A stretch of DNA of 64,000 nucleotides from Oceanispirochaeta sp. (GTDB lineage: Bacteria > Spirochaetota > Spirochaetia > DSM-2461), in the NCBI GenBank assembly GCA_963663385.2, contig CAXXXD010000004.1:416001-480000 (forward strand), given 5' to 3'. Positions 19,317-28,697 of this stretch are shown here, in pieces. The notes beneath the pieces were generated by a model. That model was not told the DNA's origin. It worked only from the letters and a program-made list of their open reading frames with translations, and did no database searches. Position numbers and translations under genes: made by a program. Every line of letters starts with the position of its first letter. Positions within the stretch are counted from its first letter, which is position 1.

Positions 19317-20705
19317 GTGAGGAATGGCATGACGACTTCATTTGAACTGGGCGATAAAAAATTTGATGTGACTCTTCCCGAAGAGACGCATATACTCCGG
19401 ATGAAGGGCGCGGCAACGGTGGAGAATCCCGGCGCTGCCATACGTAAGTGTCTGGATAATCCCATTGGTACAGAAAGTTTCCCTGATATTGTAAAAAACA
19501 AACTGAAAGAGAATCCTGATGCTCAAGCCGTTATTGTCATTTCCGATAACACTCGACCTGTTCCCTATAAAGGGGAGCAGGGGATCCTGATTCCTCTTAT
19601 CCGTGATCTGATGGAGGCCGGAGCCCGGGCAGAGCAGATATCCGTTCTCTGTGCCAACGGGACCCATATCCCCCTGGCTGATGAAGCCTTCCGGAAAATG
19701 ATTGATCCAGAAGTGTTCGAACTGGGGATCAAAGTAATCAATCATGACTGTCTGGATGAGGGGAACCTGCAGTTTCTGGGGTATTCCAGATCCGGGACGA
19801 AAATTGAGATTAACAAACGTTATGTAGAAGCTGATATAAAAATTCTGACAGGTCTGGTGGAGAGCCACTTTATGGCCGGTGTTTCGGGAGGACGGAAATC
19901 CATCTGCCCCGGTTTGATAGGAGAGAATTCCACCTTTGTTTTTCATGGTGTCTCCAATCTGGCTCATCCCAAATCCACCGATCTGGTTCTGGAAGGCAAT
20001 CCCTGCCATGATGAGGCCCTTGAAGTGGCCTCGACGGTCGGAGCCGATTTTATTTTTAACGTTACCCTGGATGACAAGTACAATGTAACCGGATATTTTG
20101 CGGGGGATATGGTGGAAGCCCATCTGGCTGCTTATGAGAAAGTCAAAGACAGTGTAGGCATCAGCTGTGCAGAAAAATTCGATATTGTGGTAGCCCATGC
20201 GGGTTTTGTGGGACGGAATCACTACCAGGCGGCAAAAACCGGTGTTGCGGCCATCCCCGTTCTGAAAGATGAGGGGTACCTGATTCTGGGGGCGGACTGC
20301 ACCGATCCCGATCCAGTCGGGAAGGATACCTACCGCTCGGTTCTTCCTTATTTAAAAGATAAAAGCTCTGAAGATTTTATTGCCATACTTTCAGCGGATG
20401 ACTGGACCTTTATCCCCGATCAGTGGCAGGTCCAGATGTGGGCCAAGCTTTTCTCCGTGATCCCCCAGGATCATTTTTTCTACTATGCACCGCAGATTCC
20501 GGAGAAGGATTATACAATCCTTCCCGGAGTAAACGGGAACAGCTGCCTTAATCCGGTGGATCGGTACAAACCGGATGACAGGAATATACCCGGGTTTATA
20601 CAGAATGCCCTCGGTTCTGTTATAGCGAAGCTGCAAGCAGAAGGGCGGGAGAATATATCCATTGCCTGGCTGTCCGATGGCCCTTATGGAATTGTGATTC
20701 CCTGA
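19317..20705 (+). CDS. larA: Nickel-pincer-dependent lactate racemase (LarA) family isomerase
   Basis: SDNTRP, NGTH, ESHFMAGVSGGRKSICPG, FHG and YQAAK match the LarA catalytic/cofactor residues. Substrate not established. Confidence 0.88.
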   Translation: MRNGMTTSFELGDKKFDVTLPEETHILRMKGAATVENPGAAIRKCLDNPIGTESFPDIVKNKLKENPDAQAVIVISDNTRPVPYKGEQGILIPLIRDLMEAGARAEQISVLCANGTHIPLADEAFRKMIDPEVFELGIKVINHDCLDEGNLQFLGYSRSGTKIEINKRYVEADIKILTGLVESHFMAGVSGGRKSICPGLIGENSTFVFHGVSNLAHPKSTDLVLEGNPCHDEALEVASTVGADFIFNVTLDDKYNVTGYFAGDMVEAHLAAYEKVKDSVGISCAEKFDIVVAHAGFVGRNHYQAAKTGVAAIPVLKDEGYLILGADCTDPDPVGKDTYRSVLPYLKDKSSEDFIAILSADDWTFIPDQWQVQMWAKLFSVIPQDHFFYYAPQIPEKDYTILPGVNGNSCLNPVDRYKPDDRNIPGFIQNALGSVIAKLQAEGRENISIAWLSDGPYGIVIP

Positions 20706-20726
20706 AAAATGGTATAATCTGTTTTC

Positions 20727-21371
20727 ATGCAACTGAATATTTTTAAACAGAAAGACCTTATCTCCCAGAGACTGCTCTCTTATCTCCTGTTTGAACTGCC
20801 TCATTCAGAAGACGGAAAGCTCCCTCCCGCCTCGGTTTTTGCCGAAAAATTCGGGGTTTCCATAGTGACTATCAGGGAGATTCTCAAGGCCATGGAGTCC
20901 ATAGGGATTATCTCCATGCATCATGGGAGGGGAATTTTTCTGAATCATCCCGATACCATTGCCCGGGAGATGATCGAAACCCGTATCCTGATAGAGAGCT
21001 ATTGTGCCTCCCTGGCCGCAGAGAAACTGACCGATGAGGATGCAACAGAGCTGAATGAGGTTTCCCTTATGCTGGAAAACGCTGCTCATACAGGTAATAT
21101 GGAGCTCTATACGGATGCGGATTTCCTGTTTCATATGAAAATCTCCCAGATAAGCCGGAACCTGGTTCTTGAAAAGACCCTGAGGAATATTCGTGTTTTT
21201 CTGTATGTGCAGCAGCGGGAAACGAATAGAATCCTGATTAAGGATTATGATAAGTCCCTGAGGGAGCATAAGGCCGTTCTGGAATCCATTCTTTCGAAAA
21301 ACCCTGTGCAAGCGGAGAAAGCCATGAGAGGTCATCTGCAGAAAACCATGACCCTCTGGGAAAACAGATAG
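20727..21371 (+). CDS. GntR/FadR-family regulator (FCD domain)
   Basis: KLPPASVFAEKFGVSIVTIRE wHTH; D..FH, SRN, EH..VLE.I FCD motifs. Confidence 0.9.
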   Translation: MQLNIFKQKDLISQRLLSYLLFELPHSEDGKLPPASVFAEKFGVSIVTIREILKAMESIGIISMHHGRGIFLNHPDTIAREMIETRILIESYCASLAAEKLTDEDATELNEVSLMLENAAHTGNMELYTDADFLFHMKISQISRNLVLEKTLRNIRVFLYVQQRETNRILIKDYDKSLREHKAVLESILSKNPVQAEKAMRGHLQKTMTLWENR

Positions 21372-21393
21372 AAAACAGCTATGCCTTCTGTTC

Positions 21394-23016
21394 CTATGAT
21401 AGAGAAGGCATGCTGCCATCCAGCGGGTTTACAGGCAGCCGTATTGTAAATTCCGTTCCTTTTCCAATCCTGCTTGTACATGTGATTGTTCCTTTGAACA
21501 CATGGCTGATCAGGTTGAAGACAATGTACAACCCAAGTCCGATACCCCCGTCGGCACCTCTGTTTGTTGTGAAAAAAGGATCAAATGCTTTTTTCAGAAC
21601 TTCCCCGGACATCCCCTCTCCGTCATCCCTGTAGTGGACAAGGATGGAATCTCCCGGAATTTTCCGGAAGGAAATTTTAATGGACCCTTTTCTATCTCCT
21701 TTAAATCCATGACTGATCGAATTCTGTACAAGCTGGGTCAAAACCTGAGAAAAATCTCCCGGCAGGCAGTAGAGTTTTATGGGATCGGAAAAATCAATAT
21801 CCATCTGGATATGATTCTTCATGCTCAATGCCTTTAAACTGAATACGACATCCTTAACATACTGGTTGAGATCCACCCACAGCCTGTCCTGGGATGACTT
21901 ATCAATTGTCAGCGCTTTAAAGCTTTGAATCAGATCGACGGTCCTGTTCAAATTTATCATCAGGAGCCTATGGCTTTCCCTGGAGTGCTGAAGATAATCT
22001 TCAAAATCCTTCTGGGATAGTATTTTATTCAGAAACCGCTCTTCCAGAAGCTCCGTTTCTTTTTTCAGATAGGATGACAAGGTAACGGAACTGCCCAGGG
22101 GGGTATTTATTTCATGGGCTACCCCTGCAATCAGATGTCCCAGGGATGCCATTTTCTCCTGCTGGACCAGGTGATCCTTCATCTCCAGCATCTGCTTGAA
22201 GATCTCCTCCATATTATGGGCAAGTACGCCGAGCTCATCCTTTCTATCTATTCCGATTGATAAGGGTTCCTTTGATTCTATCATCTTAAAAAGGGACCTG
22301 TTGATTTTCTTTGTATCCTCAACAATTCTCCGGGCAATCATAAGAGAGAATAGCACAGATACGGTAACAAGAAGAAAGCATAGTAGGATGGATACGAATA
22401 CTATCTTGTGCTGTCTTTCCCTGGATTCGGATTCAATTACAGACATCTGAAGGGCAATCGTTTCCAGCGCGCTGTTAAGGATATAGTCCATATGGGTGCA
22501 TTCCGTCTGGAGCGTATCGGTCAGGTAGTAGGTATAGGCTATTCGGTCAGAATTCCTTACATAGTATTCAATATAGATGTCGGTCAGACGGATATCCGAT
22601 ATGTTCAGGTATTCAACGTCCTGAAGAACAAGAATCAGTTCGTCATATATTGCGACTGCTTTCTCGTACTTTTCCGCCACATAGCTGTATAACCCGGAAA
22701 TAACAGTCAGGGATTCTTTCAAGGACTTATTGATGCGGGGAAGATATTTAAGAGTATCTATTGCTTCAAAGTCGGCCTGTACATTTTCATACTCAATCAG
22801 GAATGCGTTCCAGCTGCTGATCAAAGGGTTATCCATAAAGATTCCGGAACCCGTCATCCTTGCCTGCTGGATGGAATCTTCAAGTTCTGTCAGTCTGTTC
22901 TTTTCATGATTTATATTCATAACGTAGCTTGTCAGCAGGAGGTAGACAGATAGGGATGCAATAAAACTGAAACCAGTTAATAGTATTATCAGAAGGAACT
23001 TTGTTTTAATTTTCAT
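21394..23016 (-). CDS. Membrane sensor histidine kinase (HAMP, HisKA, HATPase)
   Basis: EKMASLG.LIAGVAHEINTP H-box; DDGEG, FDPFFTT, GLGL. Confidence 0.93.
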   Translation of the reverse strand: MKIKTKFLLIILLTGFSFIASLSVYLLLTSYVMNINHEKNRLTELEDSIQQARMTGSGIFMDNPLISSWNAFLIEYENVQADFEAIDTLKYLPRINKSLKESLTVISGLYSYVAEKYEKAVAIYDELILVLQDVEYLNISDIRLTDIYIEYYVRNSDRIAYTYYLTDTLQTECTHMDYILNSALETIALQMSVIESESRERQHKIVFVSILLCFLLVTVSVLFSLMIARRIVEDTKKINRSLFKMIESKEPLSIGIDRKDELGVLAHNMEEIFKQMLEMKDHLVQQEKMASLGHLIAGVAHEINTPLGSSVTLSSYLKKETELLEERFLNKILSQKDFEDYLQHSRESHRLLMINLNRTVDLIQSFKALTIDKSSQDRLWVDLNQYVKDVVFSLKALSMKNHIQMDIDFSDPIKLYCLPGDFSQVLTQLVQNSISHGFKGDRKGSIKISFRKIPGDSILVHYRDDGEGMSGEVLKKAFDPFFTTNRGADGGIGLGLYIVFNLISHVFKGTITCTSRIGKGTEFTIRLPVNPLDGSMPSLS

Positions 23017-23204
23017 TTTTACTTCCGCATCGTTTCGGTATGCATGATATAAGAAGGTTTCACTGATTCTATAAATAAATTATTATGCCATAGCCGTATA
23101 AAATTCAAATAATCTATAGTTATGCCCGGTTCTGTATAAAGACGGGCTTTGTGCACGGGACTCCCGGAAGCCGCCGCTGTCCGGAAGCTCCGGTAAATCC
23201 CCGT

Positions 23205-23238
23205 AAAAAAAGACTCCGACCATCGTTCGGAGCCTTTT
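23205..23238 (-). terminator. Intrinsic terminator of the lipoprotein-LysM operon
   Basis: AAAAGACTCCGA-N7-TCGGAGCCTTTT with A/T tails. Confidence 0.7.
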
Positions 23239-23255
23239 ATTCTACAGAAATAAAT

Positions 23256-23960
23256 TTATTTCACAACACCATTTGTCCAGGTACCGCTTCGTTTTTCTCC
23301 GTCCGCAGAGGGAATGGTCAGTACCATTCCGGGCAGAATCAGGCGGGGATTGGCGGGATCGGGCAATACCGCCTTATTGGCTTCATAAATCAGTTTCCAC
23401 TTCCAGGGGTCACCGTAGACAAAGTCATAGCCGGCAATATTCCACAGACAGTCCCGGTTCTCCGGAATAAGGCGGACCGTATAGGCGGCGACCTGTGTTC
23501 CCGCAGGAGCGGTGGGCCGGATATATTCTATAACCGACATAACCTCAAGAGCTTCCAGAGACTTCTCATAGCTCTCTTCGTATCTTTCATTCTGAAAGAG
23601 CTGATAAGCCTCTTCATACAGAGCCTTTCCCGATGCGTAGGCTTCGGGGAAATTGACATCCGCTTTTACTTTCGCAGCGGACTGAAGCTGGGTCTCGACT
23701 CTTCTGAGGGCTGAATTGGCTTTATAGCGGTTCAGCATCATCTGAATCCAGGCGTCGGATTTTTCCGCATAGATTTTCGACTCTTCCGCCAGTTTTTTTG
23801 CTTCCAGGTAATCCCCTTCATCAAAGGCCTGTTCGCTCTGCCTTTTCAGTTCCAGTGATTTTCTATAGTCCGGGTTATCCTGGAGGGATTGGGAAAATAA
23901 CAGGACGGAAAATCCGAGCAGAAGGATTGTCAGGAGTATAATTTTCTGGTTTGTTCTCAT
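23256..23960 (-). CDS. Secreted LysM peptidoglycan-binding protein (spirochaete type)
   Basis: Signal peptide; helical region; C-terminal YTV...DCLWNIA...W..IYEANK...NPRLILPGMVLTIP. Confidence 0.85.
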   Translation of the reverse strand: MRTNQKIILLTILLLGFSVLLFSQSLQDNPDYRKSLELKRQSEQAFDEGDYLEAKKLAEESKIYAEKSDAWIQMMLNRYKANSALRRVETQLQSAAKVKADVNFPEAYASGKALYEEAYQLFQNERYEESYEKSLEALEVMSVIEYIRPTAPAGTQVAAYTVRLIPENRDCLWNIAGYDFVYGDPWKWKLIYEANKAVLPDPANPRLILPGMVLTIPSADGEKRSGTWTNGVVK

Positions 23961-24439
23961 TATTCACTCTCCTTTTTAGCTTCTTCTGTCGCCTCAGAGG
24001 CCTTCTCTTCCGCCTGGGCGATGGCTCTATCCGCTGCTTCCATGGCTTCGATGGCCGCCTGTCTATTGGCATCGGCTGTAGAAGCGGCTTTATTGTAAGC
24101 TTCCGCTGCCGAAACAAAGGCTCCGTAGGCTGCTTCCATATCACCGGCTGTTTCCGCTTCGGCTCCCTGGGAATAGAGAGCTTCGGCCGCGGTAAACTCT
24201 TCGGAAGCCGCCTTTCCGGCTTTGGCGTTGACTGCTGTTATTTTGGCGGTGTCCGCGTTATTTCTTGCTTCCTTAACTCTGGATGCGTCTATTGCGACTG
24301 TTTCTGTCACTCCCTCGGCTGTGTCATTCACAACCTCTTCAGCTGTCTCTTCTGCAGCTGGTGCAGATGCACATGATATAAAAAAAAGTCCTGTAAGCAG
24401 GACAAGGACCAGATAAAGGTTCTGTCTCTTCAAATTCAT
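23960..24439 (-). CDS. Ala-rich helical lipoprotein
   Basis: Lipobox FISC; Ala/Glu-rich coiled coil; TAATG overlap with the LysM gene. Confidence 0.75.
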   Translation of the reverse strand: MNLKRQNLYLVLVLLTGLFFISCASAPAAEETAEEVVNDTAEGVTETVAIDASRVKEARNNADTAKITAVNAKAGKAASEEFTAAEALYSQGAEAETAGDMEAAYGAFVSAAEAYNKAASTADANRQAAIEAMEAADRAIAQAEEKASEATEEAKKESE

Positions 24440-24654
24440 TTAATCTTACTCCTCCCAGCATTATACGGTTCTAAATATTTTATAATAACGCTTCTGTTTA
24501 CTAAAAGATACACCGAAAATCATTTTTCTCCATTACCGGTTTCCCGGAAGCCGGGATACTCTCCTATTTCAGTGTATTCATGCTTGTGTTATTATCGTTA
24601 ATGAAATAAAATAAAAATAAAAAAGAAATATAATAAAAGGAGAAATGAAAGGTA

Positions 24655-25989
24655 ATGGAAAATATCTCCCGTGAATATATACTCGGTATATTGAATGATT
24701 CGACACCTGAAAAACGTTTGGACGCTCTGAAAGGGATAAGCCGGGATAAGGATGTTATGGCAGCGCTCCCTCCCGAAGGGAATGAGGTGAACAATCATGT
24801 TCATACCACCTTCTCTTTCAGTCCCTATTCCCCTGCGGCTGCTGTCTGGTTTGCCCGTCAGGCCGGACTGAAAGCCGTAGGCAGTATGGACCATGACAGT
24901 ATCGGCGCCGCCCGGGAAACCCTGGCTGCCGGGAAGATCCTGGGGATGGCCACAACGGTTGGTTTTGAGCTTCGGGTAAACTTTACCGGTACAGCCGTTG
25001 AGGGAAGAAAACTGAATAACCCCGATTCGAAAAATATTGTCTACATGACGGTTCATGGGATACCGGCAGATATGATAGACAGGGCTGCAGAATTCCTGAA
25101 ACCGATTCAGGGAGAGCGGAACAGAAGAAACAGGGCGGAAACGGAAAAACTGAATGCTCTTATTGTTCCTCTCGGTATAGAGGCTCTGGACTTTGAAAAG
25201 GATGTGTATGACTGTTCCGAAGCCGCCTCGGGAGGGGGAATCACCGAGCGGCATATCCTTTATGCCCTCTCCCGCAAAATTATGGAGAAAGCCGGTAAGG
25301 GACCGGACCTGGTCTCTTTTCTGGAAAAAAATATGGATCTGACTGTAACCGGTAAAATACGGGAACTTCTCTCTGATCCGGAGAATCCTCACTATATCTA
25401 TGACCTTCTGGGAATTCTGAAAGGGAATTTCCTTTCGCGTTTTTTTATACAGCCCGATGAAAAGGAGTGCCCCTCCGTATACGATGTGGTTGCTTTCGGC
25501 AACGAGATTGGCGGCATCCCTTCCTATGCCTATCTTGGAGATGTGGGAGAAAGTCCTACGGGAGATAAAAAGGCGGAAAAGTTTGAGGATGATTTCCTGG
25601 ACGATCTGATTCCCGAACTGAAGAAGATCGGTTTCCGGGCCGTGACCTATATGCCTCCCCGGAATACCCTGGAGCAGCTGAAAAGGGTTCAGGCGCTGTG
25701 TGCGGACAATGATCTGATGGAGATAAGCGGGGTGGATATCAACTCATCCCGGCAGAGTTTTAACTGTCCCGAAATCCTGCAGCCCGAATTTTCTCATCTG
25801 ATCGGGGCTACCTGGGCCCTTATCGCTCATGAGAAACTGGCTGCCCGGGATGCCCGGTACGGGTTATTTCACCCAGACAATCCTCTGGCAGCCCTGTCTT
25901 TGACAGATCGGATCAACCGCTATGCTGTTCTGGGGGAACGTATGAACAGAACCCGGCCGGAGGATCTGTTTGATTCGGTAGATTTCTGA
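24655..25989 (+). CDS. PHP-domain metallo-phosphoesterase-like protein, function unknown
   Basis: NNHVHT, MDHD, GFE, HG, ERH motifs; the final PHP DxH motif appears as DIN. Confidence 0.75.
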   Translation: MENISREYILGILNDSTPEKRLDALKGISRDKDVMAALPPEGNEVNNHVHTTFSFSPYSPAAAVWFARQAGLKAVGSMDHDSIGAARETLAAGKILGMATTVGFELRVNFTGTAVEGRKLNNPDSKNIVYMTVHGIPADMIDRAAEFLKPIQGERNRRNRAETEKLNALIVPLGIEALDFEKDVYDCSEAASGGGITERHILYALSRKIMEKAGKGPDLVSFLEKNMDLTVTGKIRELLSDPENPHYIYDLLGILKGNFLSRFFIQPDEKECPSVYDVVAFGNEIGGIPSYAYLGDVGESPTGDKKAEKFEDDFLDDLIPELKKIGFRAVTYMPPRNTLEQLKRVQALCADNDLMEISGVDINSSRQSFNCPEILQPEFSHLIGATWALIAHEKLAARDARYGLFHPDNPLAALSLTDRINRYAVLGERMNRTRPEDLFDSVDF

Positions 25990-26001
25990 TATTGAATGAT
26001 T

Positions 26002-26574
26002 TCAGGAGGAAACTTCCCGGATCAGATCTTTTAAGGGAATTCTGGCTTCCGTAAAGGATCTGCCCTCCGGGGTTTTCAGGAACTCTCTGTTCAGACGCCC
26101 CAGGAGGAGGTTCCACTCCTCCATATTCATTACATCTTCGGGATCAAAGATATCTTCCATCATCTCTTCGCTGACTTCGGTGAAGTTATAATCACACCAG
26201 CTTATCTGCCACTCCGGATCATCCGGTTTAATCTGTATCCCCGCATCGTTATACTCTTCCGTCAGATACAGCAGGGGCAGACCGTGTGTCCGGCAGATCA
26301 TGGGACGGTAAGGGTAGAGGAGGCAGTGGTCGTGTTCCAGAAGAAGGCAGCGTTCTGTTCCCTCTTTTGGATGCAGAACCGGCTTCTTCTCCTGGATGAT
26401 CACTTTCAGGGCATACCATTCCAGAGGCAGGAGAGTAAGGTCCATACAGCATTCACTGCAGCCTTTCCGGCATTTCATATGGTCCCGGTAAATCTCTGTC
26501 AGTCTCAGAGCTTCCTCTTCGACATCCGCCAATAGGGTCCTGTAATCTTCCAGAATGGCTGCAGTTGTTTTCAT
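26002..26574 (-). CDS. YkgJ-family cysteine cluster (CxxCxxCC-like) protein
   Basis: CRKGCSECC, C.LL....C.LY.YRP.ICR. Confidence 0.85.
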   Translation of the reverse strand: MKTTAAILEDYRTLLADVEEEALRLTEIYRDHMKCRKGCSECCMDLTLLPLEWYALKVIIQEKKPVLHPKEGTERCLLLEHDHCLLYPYRPMICRTHGLPLLYLTEEYNDAGIQIKPDDPEWQISWCDYNFTEVSEEMMEDIFDPEDVMNMEEWNLLLGRLNREFLKTPEGRSFTEARIPLKDLIREVSS

Positions 26575-26583
26575 TTCTCTCCT

Positions 26584-28506
26584 TTACGAAAGGCCAAACA
26601 AATTCTTCATTGCTTCCCGGTTTTCCGGGCTGTGAAGGTCGGCTCCGTCTGGTCCGTACATACTTTCTATTTTATCCATATAGAAATCCCTTACCTTATA
26701 GCGTACCAGTTTCATGGTGGAATTGATCAGCTGATTCTTCTCGGAAAAGGGTTCCTCAATAATTGTAAAGCTTGAGGGGATCCATTGGGAAGGTATTTTT
26801 GTATCTTTTTTAAAGCTGAATACGGATTCGCCGATCATCTTCAGGGCATCTTCCGCGTTAGCTATTCCTTCAGACCGCAGTCCCGCTTTAACCGATTCCT
26901 CGTTCAATGTAATCAGCGCTGTCGTATATTTCCTCTGTTCGTTGTAAACCATAATCTGATTTACCAGGGGGCAGTTGTTGATTACGGCTTCCTCAATGGT
27001 TTCGGGGGAGTACTTTTCCCCGTCTGCCGCAATCAGAAGGGCTTTTGCTCTTCCTGTATTCACCAGGAAACCGTCCTTGTCGAAGTATCCGAGATCTCCT
27101 GTCCAGAGCCAGCCCTCGCGGAGTACTTCCTCACTGGCTTCCCTGTTTTTATAATACCCCTTCATGACATTGTCGCCGCGGATGACAAGTTCCCCCGGGG
27201 TTCCGGGAGCCGCCTCGGTTTCATTATCCTTCATAATCCGGCATTCAATAGAGGGCATTTTGATACCGGATGTTCCGAACTTATGTTTGGGAGGGGTATT
27301 GGTGCTTATTATAGGGGTGGCTTCTGTCAGGCCGTAACCCTGATAGATCGGACAGCCGATGGCATTGAAGAACTCCTGCTGGCTGATTTCAAGGAGAGCC
27401 CCTCCTCCCACACAGAAGGCCAGCTCTCCTCCGAATATTTTCCTGACTTTGGGGAAAACAAGGGTGTTGGCCAGGAAATAGGAGAATCCGTAGAGCAGTC
27501 TGGTAGCCGGAGGAGCCTTTCTGTACCCGTCTCTGTGGATTTTTATACCGGCTTCCACCCCTCTGGTGAATATGCCGTTAATAAAGGTCCCCTTTGCTGC
27601 AATCCCGGACTGTATCTTCTTCATGAAATTTCCCGTAAGGGCCGGTACGGTCAGGAGGAAGTAGGGCTTTACTTCCTCCAGGTTTTTGGGAATATTCCGG
27701 AGGATGGCCATTCCTCCTCCGCGGGCGTCGACGAAGTACATGGAAAGCCCCAGTCTCAGGCTGATATAGATTCCAACCGTATGAGCGAAGGAGTGATCCA
27801 GGGGGAGGATGATCAGGCTTTTTGCCCGTTCGGGAATGGGACAGGTCTTTACCGCATCCAGGCTGTTGGCCCAGTAGTTCAGGTGGGTCAGCATTATCCC
27901 TTTGGGGTTTCCTGTGGTGCCGGATGTATAGCTGATGGTGACCGTGTCATTTTCTGCAATATCTGCCAGGCGGTTTGCCAGTTCCTTTTCCACAGAGCTG
28001 CCGCAGGCTTCTCCTTCTTTCATAAAGTCACTGTACAGGATCAGATCTTTTCCCATGGACAACCCTGCGCCCTCCGCCTGCCGGGCAACTGTTCCAAGGT
28101 AATCCCCCAGTACAATAATAAGGGGTTTGTTATCAACATCCCTGAGGATATGGAGGAGTTTTTCCAGAGAATATTCAGATATGACTACACCTTTTGATTC
28201 GGAGTGGTTCAGCCGGAAGGGGATTTCCTCTTCCAGCAGTTTGATTGAGAGGGGGACAGATATACACCGGGCTTTCAAAATGCCGAACTCACCTATTACC
28301 CAGTTGCGGCGGCCTTCGGACAGAATGGCAATCTTATCCTCTTTCCGGAATCCTCTGGCAATAAGGGCTTTGGCAAAAACGGAGGATTCCTCCTCAACCT
28401 GTGAAAAAGTTCGGGGAACCCATCCGCTCTCCTCTTTTTCCAGAACATAGGGATCGTTCCTGTAGGTTACGGCGGCCTCTTTCAGCATATTCAGTACAGT
28501 TCTCAT
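26584..28506 (-). CDS. Long-chain acyl-CoA synthetase (AMP-binding)
   Basis: YTSGTTGNPKG, GYGLTE, VMKGYY, WLWTGDLG. Confidence 0.92.
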   Translation of the reverse strand: MRTVLNMLKEAAVTYRNDPYVLEKEESGWVPRTFSQVEEESSVFAKALIARGFRKEDKIAILSEGRRNWVIGEFGILKARCISVPLSIKLLEEEIPFRLNHSESKGVVISEYSLEKLLHILRDVDNKPLIIVLGDYLGTVARQAEGAGLSMGKDLILYSDFMKEGEACGSSVEKELANRLADIAENDTVTISYTSGTTGNPKGIMLTHLNYWANSLDAVKTCPIPERAKSLIILPLDHSFAHTVGIYISLRLGLSMYFVDARGGGMAILRNIPKNLEEVKPYFLLTVPALTGNFMKKIQSGIAAKGTFINGIFTRGVEAGIKIHRDGYRKAPPATRLLYGFSYFLANTLVFPKVRKIFGGELAFCVGGGALLEISQQEFFNAIGCPIYQGYGLTEATPIISTNTPPKHKFGTSGIKMPSIECRIMKDNETEAAPGTPGELVIRGDNVMKGYYKNREASEEVLREGWLWTGDLGYFDKDGFLVNTGRAKALLIAADGEKYSPETIEEAVINNCPLVNQIMVYNEQRKYTTALITLNEESVKAGLRSEGIANAEDALKMIGESVFSFKKDTKIPSQWIPSSFTIIEEPFSEKNQLINSTMKLVRYKVRDFYMDKIESMYGPDGADLHSPENREAMKNLFGLS

Positions 28507-28697
28507 AACTCCCTCTCTTAACAATTGGATGATTTATATTAACAGAAGCTTTATTTTTGTCAAATAAAATGAAGACCGGGAGCGCTCTCTGTTGAAAGGC
28601 CTTTGTCAGTGTTGAGGGTTTTTAACTGATTTCTAATATTTTTTTAACATTCCGGTGTTTGTATGGGTAAAGAGTATTTAATAATGAAGGCGAAAAA

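Noticed and set aside
23151..23714. 187-aa plus-strand ORF
   Set aside because: Overlaps the LysM gene antisense and runs through its terminator.
23162..24553. TCCCGGAAGCCG on both sides of the lipoprotein-LysM operon
   Set aside because: Only 12 bp in a CCGG-rich genome, flanking apparently core genes; likely chance.
26785..28197. 470-aa plus-strand ORF
   Set aside because: Antisense to the well-supported acyl-CoA synthetase.
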